Below, piece by piece: positions 8,963-17,924 of a stretch of DNA of 64,000 nt. Below the pieces are notes generated by a model. It was not told the origin of the DNA. It did not search any database and saw only the letters and a program-made list of their open reading frames with translations. Position 1 is the stretch's first letter. Each line of letters opens with the position of its first letter. Position numbers and translations under genes: made by a program. The stretch comes from Lachnospiraceae bacterium (GTDB taxonomy: Bacteria > Bacillota > Clostridia > Lachnospirales > Lachnospiraceae): the NCBI GenBank assembly GCA_017556805.1, contig JAFYMC010000016.1:47377-111376 (forward strand). The letters are read 5' to 3'.

Positions 8963-10492
8963 TTATTCCGCCGTATAGTCTATGCCGCTAAAGAACGCCG
9001 TGTTACTGCTTTCCTTCCCATTTGCCGTCGCAAACATACCAATGGTACATCCTACGAAACCGCCTGCGGACTCGGTACTTAAAAACTTCGTAGAAAGCCC
9101 CTCAGCCAATACCTTTTCTCCCTCTCCCGCATTATAAGAAAGGATTGCTGTCTGTCCCTTTTGGGAAATGGTAAAGCTCACCTTATCTGCCGTCAGCTCC
9201 TCTGCCGCAACAAGTTCAATGCCGCCCTTTACGCTGTTCTTTGCCACGCGCACCTGATTCTTTCCGTCAAACTTACCGTAAACCACCGCTAAGAATGCCT
9301 GCTCACTCTGGAACAGTGCAAGGCCTGCCGCCTCGCCGTCCGCTTCCGGAGTAAAGTCCACCGTGGTCTTTGCGGTAAAGTAATAGGAGGTCTGACGAAG
9401 TCCCAAGAAAGCCGCCGGTTCCTTTTCCGCTAACGTATACGGTAACAGCTTTAAGCGATAGCCGTTGCCCTCGCCCTTTGCCATGCCTTCCACCGGATTA
9501 CGAAGCTTTACCATAGTAAACGGAATACCGTCTGCATCCTTACCGCTGGTAATCAACTCACCCTCGGTTTCCTTGAGCGGAACGGTTACCGTATCCTCTA
9601 AAATACCGATGCCCGCATTAAATACCGGCCAACCGTCTTCCCAGGTTACCTTTGCAAGGAAGGTCTCACGTCCCATATTGGTGTGCCATTCACACGGTCT
9701 GGAAGCAAGCATTACCGCATACCAGTTGCCTTCGGTGTCCTCAATCAGATCCGCATGGCCCACGTAACGAATCGGATAATCCTTTCCGAGATGGCGATGG
9801 GTAAATACCGGATTCATCAGGTTATTTTCGTACGGTCCCCAAAGCTCCTTACTTCTGGCTACGCAAACCGCATGGGCCGGACCGGTACCTCCCTCTGCGT
9901 GCATAATGTAGTAATAGCCGTCCTTCTTGTAAAGGTGCGGTCCCTCCGGCCACTCCGCCTTACGCATAGCGCCGTTCCAAACCATCTTATAATCGCCTAC
10001 CAGACACCAATTTTCAAGATCAAGCTCCTGTATGTAGATGTACCAGTCACCGTTATGGCCTACGCCCTCCGGGTTCGGTCTGGTACCGATGTAATAGCAC
10101 TTTCCGTCATCATCAAAGAATAAGCTCGGGTCGATACCGTCCGCTCCCGCAAGATAATGCGGCTCGGACCACGGACCTGCCGGATCGGTAGCGGTTACCA
10201 CAAAGTTTCCGCCGTAGCTTACATTCGTCGTAATCATGTAAAAGATACCCTCATGATAACGGATAGTCGGTGCAAAAATACCACGGGACATCCCGTCATG
10301 TCCAAGCGGCAACTGGGATGCTCTGTCCAGTACGTTACCGATCTGATGCCAATGCTTCAAATCCGTGCTCTCAAAAATCGGAACACCCGGAAAATAACAG
10401 AAGCTGGAATTTACAAGATAAAACTTCCCGTTCACCGCACAGGCGGACGGGTCCGGATAAAAGCCCGGTAAAATCGGATTCTTAATTTCCAT
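8963..10492 (-). CDS. GH43 beta-xylosidase/alpha-L-arabinofuranosidase (XynB-like) with a C-terminal beta-sandwich domain
   Basis: The N-terminus NPILPGFYPDPSACAVNGKFYLVNSSF..FPGVPIFESTDLKHW is the canonical GH43 five-bladed propeller start. There is no signal peptide. The SD is AAGGAGAAG. Confidence 0.9.
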   Translation of the reverse strand: MEIKNPILPGFYPDPSACAVNGKFYLVNSSFCYFPGVPIFESTDLKHWHQIGNVLDRASQLPLGHDGMSRGIFAPTIRYHEGIFYMITTNVSYGGNFVVTATDPAGPWSEPHYLAGADGIDPSLFFDDDGKCYYIGTRPNPEGVGHNGDWYIYIQELDLENWCLVGDYKMVWNGAMRKAEWPEGPHLYKKDGYYYIMHAEGGTGPAHAVCVARSKELWGPYENNLMNPVFTHRHLGKDYPIRYVGHADLIEDTEGNWYAVMLASRPCEWHTNMGRETFLAKVTWEDGWPVFNAGIGILEDTVTVPLKETEGELITSGKDADGIPFTMVKLRNPVEGMAKGEGNGYRLKLLPYTLAEKEPAAFLGLRQTSYYFTAKTTVDFTPEADGEAAGLALFQSEQAFLAVVYGKFDGKNQVRVAKNSVKGGIELVAAEELTADKVSFTISQKGQTAILSYNAGEGEKVLAEGLSTKFLSTESAGGFVGCTIGMFATANGKESSNTAFFSGIDYTAE

Positions 10493-10567
10493 AATATTCT
10501 TCTCCTTATATTATTTTTAACCTTATGTTTCACATTTCCCAACAGATTCCAGTGTACCATAATGACG

Positions 10568-10609
10568 AAAAAAGTCAAGGCTACCGCACGTTGTAACCTT
10601 GACTTTTTT
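10568..10609 (-). terminator. Terminator after the aguA-uxuA-CE15 operon
   Basis: A 9-bp stem (aagtcaagg/ccttgactt) is flanked by an A-run and a T-run, so it is usable in both directions. Confidence 0.7.
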
Positions 10610-10629
10610 ATTTTCTTCTTTCGTTCTTC

Positions 10630-11838
10630 TTATCTGAACTTTAACTTTTCTTCAAACTCCGGATCCGCATTCTGCGGAAGTGCATACAAGCTGGTGGTCA
10701 AATCAAAAAGATCCGACGCAGGTGTCTTACCATACAAATGATAATCCGCAAAATCCAGCAGATACACCAAATCCGAATCCGTCACCATATGTCCGGACGG
10801 ATGTAAGCATACCGCCAGATGGTCTCCGATTCCCATGTAATCAAACAAATCCTTGGAAGCCAGATAATTCATCCACATAGCCGGCGCATTCACCCAGTCC
10901 TCATCGCAGTAGGAACCGGAAATAAACAGGTAACGTCCGCCTCTTCCGCAAAGAGCGGACAACAGATACTGTTCAAGCGGCATCACCCATTCGTCCCGAA
11001 AGCCTTGGAAATTATCGTTAAACCAGTGCCCCTCCGCATCACTGCGCAAGCAGGACAACGGCTCGTTCTTTCCGCAGGTATAGTCACTTCCCCGGCCGAT
11101 GTCCGTATAGTCAAACACCCTGCCCTCGGACACATACCGGTACAACGCCATACCGCCCGCTCCCGAGCAGGCCGGAGCCGTAATCTTAATCCGCGGTTCA
11201 AAGGCTCCCGCCACTGCCGTAGCCTTACCGAACCGGGACACACCTGTCAGCAAAAAGTCCGTGGTAGTCAAACCAAGCTCCTCTGCGGCACCGTTCTCCA
11301 ACGCGTCGATGACTTTGGATACCGCCCAGCCCCAGGCCGCCAGAGCCCCGGTCTGTTCCTCCCAGCTCTCCCTGTAAGGATACAAGTCATAAAACACACC
11401 GGTCCGGGAGGCATTGTCTGCCGCGATCTCAATGGGATTGATGAATAGCACCGCATACCCACGTTCATTGGCATACTCCGGCTTCATCAAACCAAAAATA
11501 GAAAACAGCACCGGTGCCTTTTCGTATACCCGGTTGGTGGGTAACGCCAATTTTACCGGAAAAGAAGCCGACTTTACTCCATTGTTTACCGTCACCTTCA
11601 TCTCGTTGTCCTGTACCGCATAGGTCACCGTCTCCTTTGCCGCATCCGGCAGCGGACCGTACATGTAATACTCATACATATGCCTAAGTTCTTCCAGACG
11701 CGCATCAAACTCTTCCGGACTCGCCACCTTTCTTCTGTCCAAAAAGGTATACGGGTCCGGCAGTTCTATCCGCTCCGTAAATTCTGCCGGTGCCGGGAAC
11801 CCATACTGATTTACAAACTTCTCCTCTTTCCTTTTCAT
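10630..11838 (-). CDS. CE15 glucuronoyl (4-O-methyl-glucuronoyl methyl) esterase, cytoplasmic form
   Basis: The nucleophile motif GVSRFGKA matches the CE15 consensus G-C/V-S-R-x-G-K. The N-terminal ELPDPYTF...YYMYGPLP block is typical of the family. There is no signal peptide. Confidence 0.8.
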   Translation of the reverse strand: MKRKEEKFVNQYGFPAPAEFTERIELPDPYTFLDRRKVASPEEFDARLEELRHMYEYYMYGPLPDAAKETVTYAVQDNEMKVTVNNGVKSASFPVKLALPTNRVYEKAPVLFSIFGLMKPEYANERGYAVLFINPIEIAADNASRTGVFYDLYPYRESWEEQTGALAAWGWAVSKVIDALENGAAEELGLTTTDFLLTGVSRFGKATAVAGAFEPRIKITAPACSGAGGMALYRYVSEGRVFDYTDIGRGSDYTCGKNEPLSCLRSDAEGHWFNDNFQGFRDEWVMPLEQYLLSALCGRGGRYLFISGSYCDEDWVNAPAMWMNYLASKDLFDYMGIGDHLAVCLHPSGHMVTDSDLVYLLDFADYHLYGKTPASDLFDLTTSLYALPQNADPEFEEKLKFR

Positions 11839-11914
11839 GTTCCTTCTCCTCCTTATGTCACAAGCACCGATCAGAGTTTCCCCACAACCGGTGCTTGCAT
11901 CGCTTTATTTTCAT

Positions 11915-12991
11915 TTACTTTTCCGTTGATTTTTTCACAGCCTCCCAAAGGCCTTCGATATACACAGCACCGAGTGCTCTGTCGTACAAGCCGTAGCCCG
12001 GTCTTGCCTGCTCGCCCCAAATCATTCTTCCGTGGTCCGGACGGATAACACCGTCAAAGCCCATCTCCTGCAGAGCCTTTACGATTTCGTACATATCAAA
12101 GCTTCCCTCGGAGGACAGATGTGCACTTTCATGGAATTCCTCATCGGTCTCAAATTTTACATTACGCACATGGGCAAAATGAATACGCTCCGCGATCTTC
12201 GGGTTACGAATAATCTTCGGCAGGTCGTTCTTACGGCTGCTACCGAGAGAACCGGTACAAAATGTAAAGCCGTGAAGCTTGCTCGGATGAAGTGCCGCAA
12301 CCTTTAAGAGGGACTCCTCACTGGTTACAATACGCGGCAGTCCGAAAATATCCCATGCCGGATCATCCGGGTGTACCGCCATCTTGATGCCGTACTTTTC
12401 ACAGGTCGGCATAATCTTCTCGATAAAGTAACCGTAATTTGCAAGAAGTTGCTCATGAGTCATGCCCTTATACTTCTCGAATAACGCCTTAATCTCATCC
12501 TTGCGGTTCGGCTCCCAGCCCGGCATTACAAAGCCACCGCTTTCCTTCTCAATCTTTTCAAACATGGCATCCGGGTCCATGCCTTCAATCATCTTGCCGT
12601 CGTAAGCGAGCACGGTAGAGCCATCCGCCAGCGGCATCGCAAGATCCGTTCTGGTCCAGTCGAATACCGGCATGAAGTTATAACATACCAGCTTCACACC
12701 CGCCTTACCGACACTTTCCAGAGAAGTAATATAATTCTCGATTAACTTGTCTCTGGTCGGTGCACCAAGCTTGATGTCCTCGTGAATGTTGATACTCTCC
12801 ACGCCTGCAAGAGTCAGGCCCGCTGCCTCTACCTCGTTTTTTAACTTCATAACTTCCTCATACGGCCAAGGCTCGCCTGCCGGAATATCATGAAGCGCCG
12901 AAATCACACCTGTCACACCCGGAATCTGGCGAATCTGCTGCAGGGTTACACTGTCATTTTTACTGCCGTACCAACGTAAGGTCATTTCCAT
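11915..12991 (-). CDS. uxuA: Mannonate dehydratase
   Basis: The sequence starts MEMTLRWYGSKNDSVTLQQIRQIPGVTGV and is 358 aa long. The SD is AAGGAGG. Confidence 0.9.
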   Translation of the reverse strand: MEMTLRWYGSKNDSVTLQQIRQIPGVTGVISALHDIPAGEPWPYEEVMKLKNEVEAAGLTLAGVESINIHEDIKLGAPTRDKLIENYITSLESVGKAGVKLVCYNFMPVFDWTRTDLAMPLADGSTVLAYDGKMIEGMDPDAMFEKIEKESGGFVMPGWEPNRKDEIKALFEKYKGMTHEQLLANYGYFIEKIMPTCEKYGIKMAVHPDDPAWDIFGLPRIVTSEESLLKVAALHPSKLHGFTFCTGSLGSSRKNDLPKIIRNPKIAERIHFAHVRNVKFETDEEFHESAHLSSEGSFDMYEIVKALQEMGFDGVIRPDHGRMIWGEQARPGYGLYDRALGAVYIEGLWEAVKKSTEK

Positions 12992-13006
12992 AGTCTTTTC
13001 CTCCTT

Positions 13007-15064
13007 TTAGAAAAATTCGCGTCCCTTTTCATCCTCGATACCGGACTTCCGGTAAAAGTACGAATTCACAATATCTCTCCAATCCTTTGCATGGGCCGCC
13101 TGATGTTCAAACCGCGGCAGGATACGGTTGTAAATATCCTCCGGAATCACATCCTTCAAACTCTTTATCGTCTCAAGGAAGCCCTCTGCCTGCTCCGCGC
13201 CCTCAAAATGAGTATCGTAAATATGCTGAATCAGCGTCTTTCCGCTCTTTAACACATAGTCATAACGGATGTAATGGAAGAACAACAGCAGCTCCTCCGG
13301 ACAGGTGGCCGGGTCCTCATACATCTTAAAGTTTTTCTCACGATACTGGGTGGTATACCCGGTGCCCTTCGTCGTACGGTCCACACCGATTCCGTGCAAA
13401 TCCGCACGATGGTAAGTACCCCAACGGTCGTACTCATAACCGTCCACATTCGGACCGTAGTGATGGTTCGGATTGACCATCCAACCGATACCTAACGGAG
13501 AGGTGTACTTTTCGTATACTTCTCTGGAACAAAGAGCCATATCCGTCAAGACTTCTACCGCCTTTTCATCCTTTGTAATCGTAAGTTTAATCCACTCCTC
13601 TGCGATTTCCTTTGCGGAAAGAGATGTGGTAAATGCCAGTCGACCGAAGCCGTACCAGTTCAGTGCCGCAAAATCGTGTCCGGTCCAGTTCTCATCGTTA
13701 CCGGTGTTGGTTACCGCCGCCATACCGCATGCGGTCTGATGATAGGTCCGTCCCGCCACAATGTCTGCAACCGTATCATTCTTCGATGCACAATAAGTCT
13801 TAAAGTCCAGAACTTCCTTCCACATCGGAATCAGGTAACAGAAATGTCTCTGCTGACCGGTATATTCCTGTGCTGCCTGCACCTCAAGAATCTGATTTGT
13901 CTTCTCGAGACCGCCAAGGAGCGGAGAAATCGGCTCACGAATCTGGAAATCCATCGGACCGTTCTTAATCTGCAACACCACATTGTCCGCAAACTGTCCG
14001 TCTAGCGGCTTAAAGTGGTCATATCCCGCACGGGCACGGTCCGTCTTACGGTCACGCCAGTCCTGGGTACAATTATATACAAAACAACGCCAAATAATCT
14101 TTCCGCCGTACGGTGCCACTGACTCGGCTAACATATTGGCTCCCTCGGCCTGGGTTCTGCCGTAGGTATGCGGTCCCGGCCGTCCCTCGGAATCCGCCTT
14201 TACCAGAAAGCCTCCCAGCTTCGGAATGGAGGTAAACACACGCTCCATCACTCTCTTCCACCACGCTCTGACATCCTCGTTTAACGGGTCCGACACCGTC
14301 AACCCCGAAATCTCCATCGGTGCCGCAAAATTAAGTGACAAATATAAATCAATGCCGTATTCCGCAAAAATCTCCGACATCTCTCTTAACTCGCTTTCAT
14401 ACCGTGGAGTAATAAGATAGGTTGCCGCATTTTTTACGTTTACGTTATTAATTACGGACGCATTAATACCGACAGAAGCACACAGTCTCGCATACTCTCT
14501 CGTACGGTCGTTAACCACCACCGTATTATCCTTAAAGAAAAAGGACTCACCGGAATATCCGCGCTCGATACTGTTATCCATATTGTCCCAGTGATTCATC
14601 ATGCGGAGCGGATTGTCCGGAATCACCTTCTTCTCACCAGCCTCCAGGGTATCTTCTATCTGTTCCGTACGAATCAAATCAAAGGCACCGTACAATATAC
14701 CGCGGCCGGTTCCCGCAATGACATAAGCAGCCGTATCGGTAACCACCAGCCGGTAACCGTCTTTATACTCGGCCGCCAGACTCGGCGATACAATTAACAC
14801 AAAACCGTATCCGTACCCGGTCAGATTCTTCAACTCTACCGCAGACGGTTCCGCACCGAAAAAGGAAGCATGCTTCCTCTCGATTTCCATATCTCTGCCG
14901 AACAGTTCTTTTCCCGCACGGACAATTTCCTTCACCGCCGTTTCCACGGTCTGCGGCACCGGATTCATTTTTTCATCTGTTACTACTGCAACTCTGCTCC
15001 ACAAAACGTAATTTGTAAGCGCTTTCATTTTATACGAAAGCCACGCCTTTGTATATTCTGCCAT
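13007..15064 (-). CDS. aguA: GH67 alpha-glucuronidase
   Basis: The product is 685 aa. Recognisable blocks are YTKAWLSYK, HWDNMDNSIERGYSG, VKADSEGRPGP and AQEYTGQQRH. There is no signal peptide. Confidence 0.9.
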   Translation of the reverse strand: MAEYTKAWLSYKMKALTNYVLWSRVAVVTDEKMNPVPQTVETAVKEIVRAGKELFGRDMEIERKHASFFGAEPSAVELKNLTGYGYGFVLIVSPSLAAEYKDGYRLVVTDTAAYVIAGTGRGILYGAFDLIRTEQIEDTLEAGEKKVIPDNPLRMMNHWDNMDNSIERGYSGESFFFKDNTVVVNDRTREYARLCASVGINASVINNVNVKNAATYLITPRYESELREMSEIFAEYGIDLYLSLNFAAPMEISGLTVSDPLNEDVRAWWKRVMERVFTSIPKLGGFLVKADSEGRPGPHTYGRTQAEGANMLAESVAPYGGKIIWRCFVYNCTQDWRDRKTDRARAGYDHFKPLDGQFADNVVLQIKNGPMDFQIREPISPLLGGLEKTNQILEVQAAQEYTGQQRHFCYLIPMWKEVLDFKTYCASKNDTVADIVAGRTYHQTACGMAAVTNTGNDENWTGHDFAALNWYGFGRLAFTTSLSAKEIAEEWIKLTITKDEKAVEVLTDMALCSREVYEKYTSPLGIGWMVNPNHHYGPNVDGYEYDRWGTYHRADLHGIGVDRTTKGTGYTTQYREKNFKMYEDPATCPEELLLFFHYIRYDYVLKSGKTLIQHIYDTHFEGAEQAEGFLETIKSLKDVIPEDIYNRILPRFEHQAAHAKDWRDIVNSYFYRKSGIEDEKGREFF

Positions 15065-15226
15065 AGGGAACCTCCTATTCTCTGTTACTTTCAGTATACC
15101 TTATGTTTTTCTATTTTGCAATGACTTTCTTTCATCCTTTCGGTTTTTTCACATAGATTTTTGAAACTGCTTTCACAGATTTGAACTTCGTGTTCATATT
15201 TTCACATCGTTGCTTAGATGCTGTCG

Positions 15227-15255
15227 TTGACATATCCTCTTGTCTTTGTTACGAT
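15227..15255 (+). promoter_or_regulatory. Candidate sigma-A promoter of the GH51 gene
   Basis: TTGACA (15227-15232) is followed by a 17-nt spacer and TACGAT (15250-15255), 42 nt before the start codon. Confidence 0.4.
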
Positions 15256-15296
15256 AGTAATATGAGTTAGAACGCTAATCTATGGAGGAGGTTATT

Positions 15297-16895
15297 ATGG
15301 CACAAAAAGCAAAAATCACGGTTCATCCGTCCTTTACCATCGGCGAGATTTCTCCGCGTCTGTTCAGTACATTCTTGGAGCCCATCGGCACCATGGTAAA
15401 CGGCACCATGTTCAATCCGAAGCATCCGACCGCCAATGCGCAGGGCTTCCGTCAGGACTTCATCGACGCATTAAAGAAAACCGGCATGCCGGCTTGTCGT
15501 CTTCCGGGTGGTAACTTCGTATCCGGTTGGGAATGGAAGGATTCCATCGGTCCGAAGGAGCAGAGAAAGAAGCACTTAGACCTTGCATGGTATCAGTACA
15601 TTACCAACGAAGTAGGTCATGACGAATACTTACAATGGGCAGAGCAGGTAGGCACCGAGGCAATGTACACCATCAATCTCGGCACCGGCGATATCAAGGA
15701 TGCCCAGCACATTGTAGAATACACCAACCATCCGGGCGGCACCTACTGGTCCGATTTACGTCGCCAGTACGGTCATGAGAATCCGTACGACGTTAAGACC
15801 TGGTACTTAGGTAACGAGATGGACGGCCCGTGGCAGATCGGTTCCTGGGGCCAGAACCCGAAGGGCTACGGCATTTTATGTAACGAAGTTTCCAAGGTAA
15901 TGAAGTGGACCGATGCCCGCATCGAGACCGCAGTTTGCGCTTCCTCTTCTCTTTGGATGAATACCTATCCGCAGTGGGAGGAGGATGTATTACAGGAGTG
16001 CTACGACACCGTTGACTACATTTCCATGCACCACTACCACGCTGCACCGCCTGGAGATTATAAGGCATTACTCGGCGGTTCCCACTACTACGAAGACTTT
16101 ATCAACACCGAGGTTGCGCTTTGCGACTTAATTCAGGCAAAGCATCATTCCCCGAAGAAGATGATGCTGTCCTTTGACGAGTACGGCGGCATGATTCGTC
16201 CGAACGAAGCTCTCCATCCGGGATACGGCCCATACAATATGGCAATGTCCCACTACCGCTTCAATCCGGACAGAAAGTACATTCTCCATGACCCGGACAA
16301 TATGCCGGAGCGTATGTTCCCGGGCAGCGAAATGTTACAGGCCCTTTCCATGGCATCCATCCAGCTTGCGTTTCTGCGTCACGCAGACCGCGTAAAGATC
16401 GGTTGTATGACCGGTGGCCTCGGCGCACTTTGCGCCTCCAACCATGACCATGTATGGAAGTCCGCTTCCCACCACATCTTCATGCAGATGATGCAGTACG
16501 CAAAGGGCACTTCCTTACAGGTAGACACCGCATGTGAGACCTACGACATCCCGGGTTATGCCGTAAACGACACCTCCCAGTACATGGAGAAAGAAGGCGT
16601 TCCGTACGTGGATACTGCTGCCGCAATGGATGGTGACAACTTAACCATCTTTGCCATCAACCGTAATGCCGAGACCTCCTATCCGGTAGAACTGGATATC
16701 CGCGGTTTCGAAGGCTATACCTTTGAGGAGCAGATTGTGATGTACTGCGAGGACCTTTCCGTAAAGAACAGCTTCGACAATGAGAATGCAATCCTTCCGC
16801 AGACCGTTACCGGCCAGACTTTCGAAGGTGGAAAGCTTACCGCCGAGGTACAGCCGCTGTCCTGGAATGTGTTCCGGTTTAAGAAGATGAACTAA
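15297..16895 (+). CDS. abfA: GH51 alpha-L-arabinofuranosidase
   Basis: Motifs are LPGGNFVSGWEWKDSIGP and WYLGNEMDGPWQIGS (the latter containing the acid/base Glu). The start is placed at ATG 15297, just after GGAGGAGG. Confidence 0.88.
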   Translation: MAQKAKITVHPSFTIGEISPRLFSTFLEPIGTMVNGTMFNPKHPTANAQGFRQDFIDALKKTGMPACRLPGGNFVSGWEWKDSIGPKEQRKKHLDLAWYQYITNEVGHDEYLQWAEQVGTEAMYTINLGTGDIKDAQHIVEYTNHPGGTYWSDLRRQYGHENPYDVKTWYLGNEMDGPWQIGSWGQNPKGYGILCNEVSKVMKWTDARIETAVCASSSLWMNTYPQWEEDVLQECYDTVDYISMHHYHAAPPGDYKALLGGSHYYEDFINTEVALCDLIQAKHHSPKKMMLSFDEYGGMIRPNEALHPGYGPYNMAMSHYRFNPDRKYILHDPDNMPERMFPGSEMLQALSMASIQLAFLRHADRVKIGCMTGGLGALCASNHDHVWKSASHHIFMQMMQYAKGTSLQVDTACETYDIPGYAVNDTSQYMEKEGVPYVDTAAAMDGDNLTIFAINRNAETSYPVELDIRGFEGYTFEEQIVMYCEDLSVKNSFDNENAILPQTVTGQTFEGGKLTAEVQPLSWNVFRFKKMN

Positions 16896-16898
16896 GGC

Positions 16899-17147
16899 GT
16901 TTTTGCTATCTGACGTAAGTTTTCTATTATCGCTCTGTCGGATGGTGTATGTTTTTTTGCATGTCGCAACGCTTCGTCAAACTTCCTCTAACCGGTTCTA
17001 AACGTCTCTCGGTAGCGTCCTCGAGACTTAGAACCGCTAAGAGGTGATTTCGACTCAACTAAAGACGCGGCCCTTCGGGCAAATGACAAAAAAACATACA
17101 CCATCCGACAGAGCGATTTAGTTTACATCTTTACAGATAGCAAAAAC
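16899..17147. repeat. 249-bp imperfect palindrome (element B)
   Basis: Perfect inverted-repeat blocks are 16899-16912/17134-17147 (14 bp), 16930-16959/17087-17116 (30 bp) and 16993-17001/17028-17036 (9 bp). All are symmetric about 17023. The element starts 3 nt after the abfA stop codon. Confidence 0.75.
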
Positions 17148-17179
17148 TAGGTTCCTCCAATAGTGGGAAACCTAGTTTT
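17143..17179. terminator. Bidirectional terminator between abfA and hicB
   Basis: The hairpin aaaactagg...cctagtttt has an A-run on one side and a T-run on the other. It lies 20 nt from the hicB stop codon. Confidence 0.65.
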
Positions 17180-17198
17180 CAGCGTTATTTATTCTTTT

Positions 17199-17618
17199 CT
17201 ATCTTCTATGCTCTACATTCAGCACCTTCATTAATGCTTCCTGCAATACCCGAGATACGTTGATTCCGGCATGTTCTGCCTCATAATTCAGCCAACTCGG
17301 CAACGCAACGTTCCGTCTGACGGTCTTGGTATCAATTTTTCTCCGATATTCTCCTGAATCAATATCCACAAAGGAAATAACGGTAGCACCCTCTCCGGCA
17401 AATGTAGCTTTAGAAATATCCAACACACTAATATCTGACGGCTCCGGAATCTCCTCTTTCGCATCCTCTCTGGATACGCAATTCAATTCAATAGCATCCC
17501 GTGCCATCTCAATAGCATCCGACATATCCTTTCCTTCTGTGAGTATTTCCAAGTCAGGCACTTCTACCAACACACAGTTCTTTGATTTTGTAAAATAAAC
17601 AGGATATACACTTCTCAT
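17199..17618 (-). CDS. hicB: HicB-family antitoxin (HicB fold plus C-terminal ribbon-helix-helix)
   Basis: The N-terminus YPVYFTKSKNCVLVEVPDLEILTEGKDMSDAIEMARDAIE is HicB-like. The C-terminus RRNVALPSWLNYEAEHAGINVSRVLQEALMKVL is RHH-like. Confidence 0.85.
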   Translation of the reverse strand: MRSVYPVYFTKSKNCVLVEVPDLEILTEGKDMSDAIEMARDAIELNCVSREDAKEEIPEPSDISVLDISKATFAGEGATVISFVDIDSGEYRRKIDTKTVRRNVALPSWLNYEAEHAGINVSRVLQEALMKVLNVEHRR

Positions 17619-17670
17619 TCTATCGCCTCCGATTTACCGTTCCTCATATACGCAACGTTGCAAACAACCG

Positions 17671-17844
17671 TTATAACAGACCTCTTCGCCTTAAAATTGC
17701 TTTTGCCAGCATCTCATTAACCTCTTTATGTCGGGGAATTTCTTCTCGTTCTGTTCCTCTGACATAAATGTCGTGACTTCCTCCATGACGTTCAAAGACA
17801 AATCCGCCTTTTTCCAACCGCTTAATCAATTCCTTTCTTTTCAT
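17671..17844 (-). CDS. hicA: HicA-family mRNA-interferase toxin (57 aa)
   Basis: It falls below the ORF-track size cut-off. Hand translation gives MKRKELIKRLEKGGFVFERHGGSHDIYVRGTEREEIPRHKEVNEMLAKAILRRRGLL, which includes the HicA GSH motif. It lies 52 nt upstream of hicB on the same strand. Confidence 0.85.
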   Translation of the reverse strand: MKRKELIKRLEKGGFVFERHGGSHDIYVRGTEREEIPRHKEVNEMLAKAILRRRGLL

Positions 17845-17865
17845 TTGTACCCCTTTTCACCCTTT

Positions 17866-17894
17866 ATTATACACACCTTTTACACAACCGTCAA
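17866..17894 (-). promoter_or_regulatory. Near-consensus sigma-A promoter of hicAB
   Basis: On the minus strand: TTGACG (17894-17889), 17-nt spacer, TATAAT (17871-17866). A 12-bp perfect palindrome, tattgcgcaata, sits at 17911-17922 just upstream. Confidence 0.6.
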
Positions 17895-17924
17895 TCACAT
17901 TGTACACACTTATTGCGCAATATA

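Noticed and set aside
11850-11905. 9-bp stem hairpin (caagcaccg...cggtgcttg) between uxuA and the CE15 gene as a terminator
   Set aside because: No U-tract follows it on the minus strand, and the CE15 SD comes immediately after. It is more likely an intra-operon stem-loop than a terminator.
16960-17086. Reading elements A/B as classical invertible promoters
   Set aside because: Both lie between the 3-prime ends of convergent genes, so there is no downstream gene to switch. No recombinase gene is in the window, and no promoter-like hexamers were evident inside. Inversion is kept only as one hypothesis to test, not as a call.
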